The translations under genes were made by a program, and so were the position numbers. 64,000 nt of DNA. Source: an uncultured Candidatus Saccharibacteria bacterium. GTDB taxonomy: Bacteria; Patescibacteriota; Saccharimonadia; Saccharimonadales; EFPC-124. Location of the stretch: positions 6,014-70,013 of the forward strand of contig CBDDBE010000002.1 of NCBI GenBank assembly GCA_965225085.1. The letters are read 5' to 3'. The stretch's first letter is position 1. Each line of letters begins with the position of its first letter. Positions 38,251-47,266 of the stretch are shown one piece after another. Under the pieces are notes generated by a model. The model saw only the letters and a list, made by a program, of their open reading frames with translations, was not told the origin of the DNA and did no database searches.

Positions 38251-38955
38251 ATGCAGCAGGAATCTATAGCAGTTTTGCCGACACATTTGGGGTTTATCGT
38301 GGACGGCAATCGCCGTTGGGCGCGCGAACATGGTCTTCCAACTTACGAAGGCCACTTGGCTGGTTATAACGCGCTGAAGGATGTGCTATACGAGGCGATT
38401 GACCAGGGTGTAAAGTACGCTTCGGTCTATGCCTTCTCAACAGAGAACTGGAAGCGAGCCGAAGACGAAGTCGGTTATCTCATGAAGCTAACCCTTCGGA
38501 TGGTCAAGGCCGACCTGCACGAGCTCATCGAGAGGGGTATCAGGTTTCGCCATCTTGGTTCCAAAGCCGGACTGTCGCCCAAAGTTGCTCGGGCGCTCGA
38601 AGAAGCCGAGCAAAAGACGCAGCACCTGACGCGCGGTACTGTGTGTGCCTGCTTTAATTATGGTGGTCAGCGCGAAATCGTAGACGCCGTACGTCAATGC
38701 ATGGAGGATGGCCTGGGCGCTGATGAGATGACCGAGGAAGCCCTTGCCGCTCGGTTGTACGCGCCCGACGTGCCGCCTGTTGACATGATGGTTCGCACTT
38801 CTGGAGAGCGGCGAATCAGCAACTTTATGCTGTGGCGTATTGCCTATGCCGAGCTATTATTCTTGGACAAATTTTGGCCATCAATGACAAAGGATGACGT
38901 TGTCGGTATCATAGAGGAATACGGCAAGCGTAATCGCCGCTACGGAGGGAACTGA
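38251..38955 (+). CDS. uppS: Undecaprenyl-diphosphate synthase
   Basis: HLGFIVDGNRRWA, FSTENWKR and RTSGERRISNFMLWR. Confidence 0.95.
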   Translation: MQQESIAVLPTHLGFIVDGNRRWAREHGLPTYEGHLAGYNALKDVLYEAIDQGVKYASVYAFSTENWKRAEDEVGYLMKLTLRMVKADLHELIERGIRFRHLGSKAGLSPKVARALEEAEQKTQHLTRGTVCACFNYGGQREIVDAVRQCMEDGLGADEMTEEALAARLYAPDVPPVDMMVRTSGERRISNFMLWRIAYAELLFLDKFWPSMTKDDVVGIIEEYGKRNRRYGGN

Positions 38956-38959
38956 TATT

Positions 38960-40054
38960 TTGGCAACGGTGTATTTTATCATAGGTATTATCTTGTTTAT
39001 CGCGTTGGTGGTGGTGCACGAACTGGGGCACGCTATCGTTGCACGTCGCAATGGTATCGAGGTCGAGGAGTTCGGTATCGGCTTTCCACCGCGCGCCTGG
39101 AAACGAAAACTCAAAAATGGCACGCTTTTTACGCTCAATTGGCTACCGCTCGGTGGTTTTGTGCGGCTAAAGGGTGAACATGATGCCGCAACGGGTCCAG
39201 GAACATATGGGGGAGCAAGTACGTGGGTAAAGGCGAAAGTCCTACTGGCGGGTGTGGTCATGAATTGGCTGACTGCTGTGGTGATTTTTACTATTTTGGC
39301 ACTAACGGGCATGCCCCAGCTGGTGGCCAATCAGTTCAGCATCCCTAGCGATACAAAGGTAACGACCCAGCAGGTTATGGCCGTTGATGTGTTGAAAGGC
39401 TCGCCCGCGGACCGCGCCGGGATGGCGTCTCGCGATGTTATTACCGCGTTGAACCACGTAGCCCTGACAAATGCCAAGCAGCTGACTGATTTTACGGCTG
39501 CGCATGCGGGCCAGAAGGTAACCATGACCGTACGGCACAATGGTCGGGTGGCTGATCTACAGGTTACGCTTAACAAAATTCGGGATAACAACCAAGGTTA
39601 CGCTGGCATAGCACCACTCGACAATACGCAGCAGCGTTCCACGTGGTCGGCGCCAATTGTTGGAGTGGGGCTCACTGCTCAGCTAACCTGGGAAACCTTG
39701 CAAGGACTTGGCGCAACCATTTCGGAGTTAGCGCATCAGCAATATTCCCAGGCAGGGCAGAATGTGGCCGGGCCGGTGGGGATATTCAGCATCCTGAAGA
39801 ACAGTAGCGAGATTGGTTTTACGCCAGTGCTATTTTTGATCGGGATTATCTCGTTGACGCTTGCCGTTATGAACGTCCTGCCCATTCCTGCCCTCGACGG
39901 AGGCCGTTTGTTTGTAACGCTATTATACCGAGCGATCAAGCGTCCACTCACCAAACAGCGCGAAGAAGCCATTCAGACAGTAGGATTCCTAACGCTTATG
40001 GCTCTAGTTGTGCTAGTGACGGTGGTGGACATCGGCCGATTAGTGGGGCGATGA
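38960..40054 (+). CDS. rseP: Site-2 (M50) zinc metalloprotease RseP with PDZ
   Basis: HELGH in TM1, a PDZ with GSPADRAGM, and the C-terminal NVLPIPALDGG. Confidence 0.85.
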   Translation: MATVYFIIGIILFIALVVVHELGHAIVARRNGIEVEEFGIGFPPRAWKRKLKNGTLFTLNWLPLGGFVRLKGEHDAATGPGTYGGASTWVKAKVLLAGVVMNWLTAVVIFTILALTGMPQLVANQFSIPSDTKVTTQQVMAVDVLKGSPADRAGMASRDVITALNHVALTNAKQLTDFTAAHAGQKVTMTVRHNGRVADLQVTLNKIRDNNQGYAGIAPLDNTQQRSTWSAPIVGVGLTAQLTWETLQGLGATISELAHQQYSQAGQNVAGPVGIFSILKNSSEIGFTPVLFLIGIISLTLAVMNVLPIPALDGGRLFVTLLYRAIKRPLTKQREEAIQTVGFLTLMALVVLVTVVDIGRLVGR

Positions 40055-40055
40055 C

Positions 40056-40772
40056 GTGAGCGAAGAGGGCCATAGCGCAGCACGCCAACCAAGGCAGCAG
40101 TGGGGGATACTCAGCGGCACGCTTTTTGCCTTTGCCGCATTCCTGTTGCCGCAGTTCGGGCTGTATCCCATCCTCGGGTTGGTTGTGGCGCTGCCGATCG
40201 ATGACAATGCCAAACAGTTTTTGCTACAGGGGATTGCCGAGCTTGGCGCTGTGGGGCTGCTGTGGCTGTTAGTCCACTACCATTATCGGACAGATTTTAA
40301 GGCGTTGGGGTTGGGCAAGCTTGATCCGGGGCTGCTCGGTTGGTCGGTTTTGGCGTTGCCATTTTATATGGCCAGCTCGATCATTGTTACCGTCGTCGCG
40401 GCGGCTCTGTCTCCGAGCATAGACCTGCAGCAAGTACAGAATATTGGGTATGCCAATCCGGGCGGCTTCGTCATCGTGCTCGTCTTTGTGGCATTGGTGC
40501 TCTTGGCGCCGTTTGTGGAAGAGCTGATCTTTCGCGGATTTCTGTTCAATGCTTTCCGGCGAACGTTTGGATTCTGGATTGGCGCAATAGTCGTAAGCCT
40601 GCTTTTTGCCGTAGCACATAGGCAGCTCAACGTTGGCTTGGACGTCTTTGTGCTGAGTATGTTCCTCTGCTATTTGCGCGAGAAGACCGCCAGTCTATGG
40701 CCATCCATAGCTCTGCACGCGCTGAAAAATTTGGTAGCTTTCGTAACTCTGTTTATAATACATGCCAGATAG
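40056..40772 (+). CDS. CPBP (CAAX) family intramembrane protease
   Basis: EELIFRGFLF, followed by FAVAH and HALKN. Confidence 0.8.
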   Translation: MSEEGHSAARQPRQQWGILSGTLFAFAAFLLPQFGLYPILGLVVALPIDDNAKQFLLQGIAELGAVGLLWLLVHYHYRTDFKALGLGKLDPGLLGWSVLALPFYMASSIIVTVVAAALSPSIDLQQVQNIGYANPGGFVIVLVFVALVLLAPFVEELIFRGFLFNAFRRTFGFWIGAIVVSLLFAVAHRQLNVGLDVFVLSMFLCYLREKTASLWPSIALHALKNLVAFVTLFIIHAR

Positions 40773-40896
40773 AGTACATTGTTTGTCATGAAATACGTAT
40801 CGATTACACCCTTACATACGCCGTCTCCGGCCACTCGGCCGTTATTTTTGTTTAATTAAGTGTTTTTCTAAATAATCTAAGTAGGGATAGTAATCA

Positions 40897-42156
40897 ATGA
40901 GAGTTTCAACGTTATATACCAAAACGCGCAAAAACGCGCCTGCGGATGAAGCCGCCAAGAACGCGCAGCTACTGATACGTGCTGGATACGTCTATAAGGT
41001 AATGGCTGGCGTGTACGCATACACACCACTCGGTCTGCGAGTGCTAGAGAATATCAAGCGAATCGTCCGCGAAGAGATGAATGCAGTGAACGGCCAAGAG
41101 CTGATCATGACTAATCTCCAGTCCAAAGAAGTCTGGGAGACCACCTCACGCTGGAGCGATGACGTCGTCGATATCTGGTTCAAGACTCGGCTGAAGGACG
41201 GGACGGATATCGGACTGGCTTGGTCGCACGAAGAAGCGATTATGGAAATGATGCGTCAGTTTGTCGAGAGCTACAGGGACCTGCCCGTCAGCGTGTATCA
41301 GTTCCAGACCAAACTTCGCAACGAACTCCGCGCCAAAAGCGGCATTATGCGCGGTCGAGAATTTGTGATGAAAGACATGTATTCGTTGCATGCCAGCGCC
41401 GAGGATTTGGACGAGTATTATGCTAAGGTCACCGAGGCGTACAAGCGCATTTATGACCGTCTGGGCATCGGGGCCGACACGTACGTCACATTTGCCAGCG
41501 GCGGTGCGTTTACCAAGTTTAGTCATGAGTTCCAGACAATCTGCGACGCAGGCGAGGATATTTTGTATCTACATCGTGGCAAAAATATCGCCGTGAACGA
41601 GGAAGTTCTGGATGACGCCATTAAGGAGCTGGGCCTTCAGAAGGACGAGCTGGAGAAGGTCAAGAGCGCCGAAGTCGGCAATATCTTCAATTTTGGCACT
41701 GAAAAATCCGAGCAAATGGGCATTTATATTACCGGCCCCGATGGCGATCAGCAACCTATCTATCTGGCCTCGTATGGTATTGGTATTACCCGCGTCATGG
41801 GCGTGATCGTCGAGAAATTTGCCGACGATCGTGGGCTTGTCTGGCCGGAAAATGTGGCGCCATTTAGGGTATACTTGGTACGGATTGGTGACAAGGACGA
41901 CGTCGTGCGGCAAGCTGATGCGCTATACCAACGGCTGCAAGATGCTGGCATCGATGTGCTATACGATGATCGCGACGCGCGCCCTGGCGAGAAATTTGCC
42001 GACGCCGACCTACTGGGCATCCCACACCGTATTGTCATCAGCGAAAAAACAGTTGCAGCGGGCAAAATCGAGTACAAGGCACGGTCGGCCAGCGAAAGCG
42101 AGGAGCTTGCCGAGGATCTCTTACTTGTCAAAATATCGAAGCCTGCTATACTGTAG
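40897..42156 (+). CDS. proS: Prolyl-tRNA synthetase (short form without the bacterial insertion editing domain)
   Basis: Class II motifs FRNELRAKSGIMRGREFVMKD and GIGITRVMG. 419 aa. Confidence 0.9.
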   Translation: MRVSTLYTKTRKNAPADEAAKNAQLLIRAGYVYKVMAGVYAYTPLGLRVLENIKRIVREEMNAVNGQELIMTNLQSKEVWETTSRWSDDVVDIWFKTRLKDGTDIGLAWSHEEAIMEMMRQFVESYRDLPVSVYQFQTKLRNELRAKSGIMRGREFVMKDMYSLHASAEDLDEYYAKVTEAYKRIYDRLGIGADTYVTFASGGAFTKFSHEFQTICDAGEDILYLHRGKNIAVNEEVLDDAIKELGLQKDELEKVKSAEVGNIFNFGTEKSEQMGIYITGPDGDQQPIYLASYGIGITRVMGVIVEKFADDRGLVWPENVAPFRVYLVRIGDKDDVVRQADALYQRLQDAGIDVLYDDRDARPGEKFADADLLGIPHRIVISEKTVAAGKIEYKARSASESEELAEDLLLVKISKPAIL

Positions 42157-42267
42157 CGTACGAACAGACACGGTAGTTATTCAGGGGTAGACGTACATTT
42201 CAAAACCGAGAAATCTGTTTTCATTATGTTAAAGAACAAGCCTAACGATAGAAAGGGGTAATAGAAC

Positions 42268-42726
42268 ATGAAGAAGGTATATCAGCTGACCCCAGCTGGC
42301 AAAGTAGAACTAGAAAAAGAGCTTGAGGAATTAAAGTCTCAGCGTGCCGTGATGGCACAAAAGATTGCCGACGCTCGCGATTATGGTGACCTCAGCGAAA
42401 ATGCCGAGTACGACACCGCTCGTACTGAGCAGGCTCAGCTGGAGACTCGCATCGCCGAGATCGAAGACATACTACAGAATGCAAGCATTATCGAGAACAC
42501 TAAGACATCTGCTGTTGCTGTCGGTGTGACTGTCGTTCTGCAAGATGCTACAGGTAAGAGTGTAAGCTACGTGATCGTGGGCTCAGTCGAGGCCGACCCG
42601 CTAGAAGGCAAAATCTCTGATGAATCGCCAATTGGCCAGGCTCTGCTTGGCAAGAAAGTTGGCGATGAAGCGGTCATCAAGACTCCTCGTGGCGATGTAA
42701 GCTACAAAGTCATCGAGATTAAGTAG
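42268..42726 (+). CDS. greA: Transcription elongation factor GreA
   Basis: YGDLSENAEYDTAR and the C-terminal ISDESPIGQALLGKKVGD. Confidence 0.95.
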   Translation: MKKVYQLTPAGKVELEKELEELKSQRAVMAQKIADARDYGDLSENAEYDTARTEQAQLETRIAEIEDILQNASIIENTKTSAVAVGVTVVLQDATGKSVSYVIVGSVEADPLEGKISDESPIGQALLGKKVGDEAVIKTPRGDVSYKVIEIK

Positions 42727-42751
42727 GCATTAGCTACTGAAAACAAAAAAT

Positions 42752-42778
42752 CCGGCGCAGGTAGCGTCGGGTTTTTTT
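42752..42778 (+). terminator. Rho-independent terminator after greA
   Basis: CCGGCGC-AGGTA-GCGTCGG followed by GTTTTTTT. Confidence 0.6.
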
Positions 42779-42790
42779 GGATAAGTTCAT

Positions 42791-42840
42791 GGGTTCGGAC
42801 TCGCCCTTGCGCTACAAAGCGCAGGGCGAGTCGTACCCGA
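42791..42840 (-). terminator. Long GC-rich hairpin after the minus-strand membrane gene
   Basis: GACTCGCCCT(T)GCGC/GCGCAGGGCGAGTC with outer GGGT/ACCC. No U-run. Confidence 0.45.
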
Positions 42841-42855
42841 CATTGTGAGGAGCTG

Positions 42856-43206
42856 CTACGCGGGCGTCCTCCTGTTGATGAAGGCGGGCGCCATGATGAT
42901 CATGTAGGTGAACAAGGTCACGACGATCTCGTCCCGGGTGTTCGGCTGAGCGGCGCACCAGTCCCGCAAGATCAGGACGGTGGCGACGCTGAGCAGCGTG
43001 ACCGGGAAGGCCAGTGCGACGATCTTGTCGTTCCCGCTCAGGTTGGCGCTGAACGTGATGCTGTAGCTGAAGGTGGCCAACCCGTAGAGGCAGCATTCGG
43101 CCACCGTCAGATTGAAGCCACCCAGAGCGTACAGGCACATGATCGTCAGCGTTGCCGCCAGGCCATCGATGACCGCGCGCTTCAGGATGGGGAGAGTCGT
43201 GTTCAT
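42856..43206 (-). CDS. Small four-TM membrane protein (116 aa), unknown function; holin-like size and topology only
   Basis: ATG behind TGGAG. Four hydrophobic helices. Spot counts give 36/60 and 37/60 G+C on lines 42841 and 42901. Confidence 0.55.
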   Translation of the reverse strand: MNTTLPILKRAVIDGLAATLTIMCLYALGGFNLTVAECCLYGLATFSYSITFSANLSGNDKIVALAFPVTLLSVATVLILRDWCAAQPNTRDEIVVTLFTYMIIMAPAFINRRTPA

Positions 43207-43334
43207 CAGAACTCCAGGTTGTCGGGTACGCGGCACAAGGCTGTGCCGACTTATACTATATTAACACATAATTAATATAAAGTCAATAATGCTACTAGTT
43301 TAGGACGCGCGAATAGGGTATACTATATCAGATT

Positions 43335-44864
43335 ATGCAGTGGCTTAACGACATCGTAGAGTTGGCTATGCGCCAGCATCCCGAAGGCGAGATTATCGTT
43401 AGTTCTGGCGTGTCGCCCTCAGGAAAGTATCACCTGGGGACGCTTCGGGAGATTTTAACCGCCGAAGTGATTATGCGTGAACTGCAGCGCCGTGGTCGCA
43501 TCGCGCGGCATATCCATGTTGTTGATGACCTCGATCCATTTCGGAAGGTGCCGGCTGGGCTACCTGATGACTATGCGCAGTATCTGGGGTCGCCGCTGTG
43601 CGATGTGCCTGCGCCCGATGGCAGCAATCGTAGCTACGCCGATTATTTCCTGGACGATATGCTCGGTGCGGCCAAGAAGTTACGTCTGAGTATGGAAGTG
43701 GTGCGTTCACACCAAAATTATCGTGATGGGTTTTATGTACCGGCTATCGAACAGGCTTTGGCGCACATCGACGATATCAGGCGAATTTTGAGCGAGGTAT
43801 CGGGCCGGGCGCTGGACGATCAGTGGTCGCCCATTCAGGTTGTAGAGGATGGCAAGTTAAAAAATCGTCAGTTCAAGTCGATCGATACGCAGGCAAAGAC
43901 GCTCGTGTACGCCGATGCCGACGGCAATGATCGCGAAGCGAGCTATGCGCACGGTGACGTCAAGCTGAACTGGCGTATTGACTGGCCGGCGCGGTGGCAG
44001 GCGCTCGGCGTAAATGTTGAGCCATTTGGCCGGGACCATGCCACTAAAGGCGGCAGCTACGATACGGGCATGCTATTGGTACGGCAGATTTTTGATGCTG
44101 AGCCACCCATTCCCGTCCCGTATGATTTTATAAATCGCACTGGCGAGACCAAAAAGATGAGCAAAAGCGCCGGAAACACCATTACGGCAGCGGAGTTGCT
44201 GGACATGCTACCGCCAGAAATCGTGTGGTATTTCATCTTGCGCGCCGCGCCGAGCAAGCTGCTATTCTTCGACGAGGGCGATATATTTATGCGACTTGTC
44301 GATAGCTTTGCGGAGCTACTGGCTCGGCCCGACAAAACTGATTCTGAACGCCAACTGATCGAACTTTGCACTCAGGATGTTGAGCCGACGGTCAGCAACA
44401 TTCCATTTACGCATTTGGTTGCCAGTTATCAGGCGTCACTCAAGGACGCCGACCAGACCGTAGAGGTAATTAAGCGGACAGAGCATGCCGCAACAGCCGA
44501 GCGGGATGCGGTCATCATTACGCGGGAGCTCAAGTTTATCGACAATTGGCTGGTCAGCCGAGCGCCAGAGGATGTGAAGTTTGAGCTAGCCGCAGATGTG
44601 AGACCGGATGATTTTAGCGCAGACCAACGACATTTTCTGCAGCGATTGGGCGAGAAGGCAGCCACCGCCCCCGAGGATGCCGACGGCCAGTGGTTTCACA
44701 ATGCTATGTACGAGCTGAAGGACGAGCTAGGGCTCGCGCCAAAGGATATGTTTAGCACTCTGTACCAAGCATTGATCGGCAGGACCAGCGGTCCGCGTGC
44801 CGGATGGTTTCTGAGTATCTTGCCTCGCGATTGGCTAATTGCACGCCTGCAACTTACAAAGTAA
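43335..44864 (+). CDS. lysK: Lysyl-tRNA synthetase, class I
   Basis: Class I architecture: SPSGKYHLGTLRE (HIGH-type) and KMSKS. About 509 aa. Confidence 0.9.
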   Translation: MQWLNDIVELAMRQHPEGEIIVSSGVSPSGKYHLGTLREILTAEVIMRELQRRGRIARHIHVVDDLDPFRKVPAGLPDDYAQYLGSPLCDVPAPDGSNRSYADYFLDDMLGAAKKLRLSMEVVRSHQNYRDGFYVPAIEQALAHIDDIRRILSEVSGRALDDQWSPIQVVEDGKLKNRQFKSIDTQAKTLVYADADGNDREASYAHGDVKLNWRIDWPARWQALGVNVEPFGRDHATKGGSYDTGMLLVRQIFDAEPPIPVPYDFINRTGETKKMSKSAGNTITAAELLDMLPPEIVWYFILRAAPSKLLFFDEGDIFMRLVDSFAELLARPDKTDSERQLIELCTQDVEPTVSNIPFTHLVASYQASLKDADQTVEVIKRTEHAATAERDAVIITRELKFIDNWLVSRAPEDVKFELAADVRPDDFSADQRHFLQRLGEKAATAPEDADGQWFHNAMYELKDELGLAPKDMFSTLYQALIGRTSGPRAGWFLSILPRDWLIARLQLTK

Positions 44865-44925
44865 TTTAAAGCTCGGCTACTCTCAAACCTTTTTAACAGA
44901 TGGCATACGCTGTATACTATAAAGC

Positions 44926-46221
44926 ATGTTAGATATCAAATTCATCCGGGAGAACGCCGATCGTGTTCAGCAGGCCAGCGAGCAAAAGGGCTACAAAGTC
45001 GATGTTGCTCATCTGCTAAGCCGCGATCAAGAGCGGCGCGAGCTACTCGGCAAAGTCGAGGCACTGCGCAAAGAGCGCAACGAACTATCTGGCAGCATGC
45101 AGAACCAGAAACCAAATGACGATCAGCTGAAGCGCGGCCGCGAGATCAAGACTGAAATTGCCGAACTAGAGGACCGCCTGCGGGTGGTCGAGGAAGAGTG
45201 CCTCAGCCTTCTCAAAAAAATCCCGAACGTGCCGCTGGATTACGTGCCGATTGGCTCCAGCGAAGACCAAAACGTCGTTGCCAAAACAGTTGGCGAGCCT
45301 CCAAAATTTGACTTTGAACCCAAGAACCATTGGGAAATAGCCGTTGCACGTGACTGGATCGACAAGGAGCGGGCGGCCAAAGTCGCCGGCGCGCGCTTTG
45401 CCTATGTAAAGGGCGAACTGGCTCGTTTGCACTTTGCGCTGATGAGCTTTGGGATGGACGTACTGAGCGACGAGAAGGTGATTGCTGGCATTATTCAGGA
45501 CGCAGGCCTAAGCCTCTCGACCAGGCCATTTACGCTAGTCATGCCACCAGCTGTTGCTCGCACCGACGTTTACGACGCCACCGGCCGCCTCAACAAAGAG
45601 GAGCAAACGTACAAGCTGGCCGACGATGATTTGTGGCTGAACGCCAGCGCCGAACACGTGATGGCCCCAATGTACATGGGCGAGATCTTGGACGAAGCGC
45701 AGCTACCAATTCGCTTGGTTGGCTACACGACGGCCTTCCGACGTGAAGCCGGCACCTATGGTAAGGACATGGAGGGCATTCTCAGGATGCACCAGTTCGA
45801 CAAGCTCGAAATGGAAAGCTTCACGACTGCCGAGACTGGCCTGGAAGAACACAAGCTGATGGTTGCCGTTCAAGAATATTTGATGAGCCAGTTGGGGATT
45901 CCGTACCGGGTAATGCAGAAGTGCACTGCTGACATTGGAGGCCCAAATGCTGCCGGCATCGACATTGACGCGTGGCTGCCTGGCCAGCAGAAATACCGCG
46001 AAACGCATACGGCCGATTACATCACCGACTACCAAGCCAGGCGGATGCAGACTCGCGTACGCCGAGCGAATGGTGAGATTGAACTGGTGCACACCAATGA
46101 CGCAACAGCATTTTCGCAGCGTCCGCTGGTCGCGATCATCGAGAATTACCAGCAAGCCGACGGAACAATCGTTGTGCCTGACGTATTGCGCCCATATCTC
46201 GGGGGCCGAGAAGTACTGTAG
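44926..46221 (+). CDS. serS: Seryl-tRNA synthetase
   Basis: N-terminal coiled-coil MLDIKFIREN. FRREAGTYGKD and the class II motif 3 region. Confidence 0.95.
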   Translation: MLDIKFIRENADRVQQASEQKGYKVDVAHLLSRDQERRELLGKVEALRKERNELSGSMQNQKPNDDQLKRGREIKTEIAELEDRLRVVEEECLSLLKKIPNVPLDYVPIGSSEDQNVVAKTVGEPPKFDFEPKNHWEIAVARDWIDKERAAKVAGARFAYVKGELARLHFALMSFGMDVLSDEKVIAGIIQDAGLSLSTRPFTLVMPPAVARTDVYDATGRLNKEEQTYKLADDDLWLNASAEHVMAPMYMGEILDEAQLPIRLVGYTTAFRREAGTYGKDMEGILRMHQFDKLEMESFTTAETGLEEHKLMVAVQEYLMSQLGIPYRVMQKCTADIGGPNAAGIDIDAWLPGQQKYRETHTADYITDYQARRMQTRVRRANGEIELVHTNDATAFSQRPLVAIIENYQQADGTIVVPDVLRPYLGGREVL

Positions 46222-46222
46222 T

Positions 46223-46738
46223 ATGCGAGCTGTCGATCCTGAGCGGTTCGCGGTCGTCATGGCCGTGTCGGGTCTGAAGCCGCGGTTTTTGCGCGAGTTG
46301 CGGCCACATTTGAACGATGAGATCGATTGGAAAACGAAGGATTTTGCGGTAATGAGCGACCGCAGTGGTAACAACGGCGTGTTGTGGATCGAAAACGATC
46401 AGGGCCTCTATATAGTGCCATATGCGCTCAGTCGTGGCATCATCGACAAAGCGTCGGGCCGTGCGCGGCCGGTTATCTGTGATTTTTGTTGTACGCAGCA
46501 GATTGGTACGCTTGCGGCCCGTATTAGCTTGAAGCCAGCCAAAAGCGATCATAGCCGTAGCCTTTTGTGCTGTGCTGACCTGGCATGTAGCGATCACGTA
46601 CGTGGTAAAACCGACGCCAGCCTTCGGTCGCGAGCGCAACTGCGGGAAGATATTACCCAAGAGGGGCGAGTTGATCGACTGCGCCGGCGCCTCGGCGAGG
46701 TAATTCAATCGTTAGAACTCGAGCCCATCGCCTTGTAA
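46223..46738 (+). CDS. FBP/EF-G-binding-protein-like protein with a C-terminal treble-clef Cys cluster (tentative)
   Basis: ICDFCCTQQ...LLCCADLACSDHVRGK resembles what I recall of the FBP_C zinc finger. Start trimmed to MRAVDPER. Confidence 0.5.
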   Translation: MRAVDPERFAVVMAVSGLKPRFLRELRPHLNDEIDWKTKDFAVMSDRSGNNGVLWIENDQGLYIVPYALSRGIIDKASGRARPVICDFCCTQQIGTLAARISLKPAKSDHSRSLLCCADLACSDHVRGKTDASLRSRAQLREDITQEGRVDRLRRRLGEVIQSLELEPIAL

Positions 46739-46844
46739 TCACGTTGCTCATTATGGCGCGGCTGGATTGATGTTGCTATAATAAAAGTCAGCCAAATCAA
46801 GCCAAGTTTCGTTTCTATACGTAAAGGGGAAAGGTGCAAAGAGC

Positions 46845-47237
46845 ATGATTGCTCACATTGACAAATCAGCTATCAAATTGGAATTGGATGATGACGTTGC
46901 GAAGTATATCGATCGCAAGATCGGCCGATTAGACCGCTATGTACCGCGAGCTGCACGCAAATCGATGCGCGCCGTCGTGACCATACGAGAGACTGGCAAT
47001 CAAGATGGCAACAAATACGAATGCGAAGCGATTTTGCACTTGCCGAGCGAGCTAGTAACAGCCAAGGAAGCGACATTGAACAAATTCGCGGCGATTGATA
47101 TTGTCGAAGCAAAGCTCAAGAACCAGCTCCGTAAGTACAAAGAGACGCACGGCACAAACGCCCAACCAAGGCGACATGGGATAGTGCGCCGTGTACGCGA
47201 ACGACTTTTTGCAGGGCCCGCCCAGCCTAAAGCTTAG
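46845..47237 (+). CDS. hpf: Ribosome hibernation factor HPF/RaiA (short form)
   Basis: YIDRKIGRLDRY...ECEAILHLP...AKEATLNKFAAIDIVEAKLKNQLRKYKE. Confidence 0.8.
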   Translation: MIAHIDKSAIKLELDDDVAKYIDRKIGRLDRYVPRAARKSMRAVVTIRETGNQDGNKYECEAILHLPSELVTAKEATLNKFAAIDIVEAKLKNQLRKYKETHGTNAQPRRHGIVRRVRERLFAGPAQPKA

Positions 47238-47266
47238 ATGACAAGAAAAACTACAGAAGAGGACGC

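Noticed and set aside
42812-43138. A 108-aa minus-strand ORF overlapping the four-TM gene in another frame.
   Set aside because: The translation is Arg/His/Gly-rich with no SD. The 42856-43206 frame has an SD and regular hydrophobic helices.
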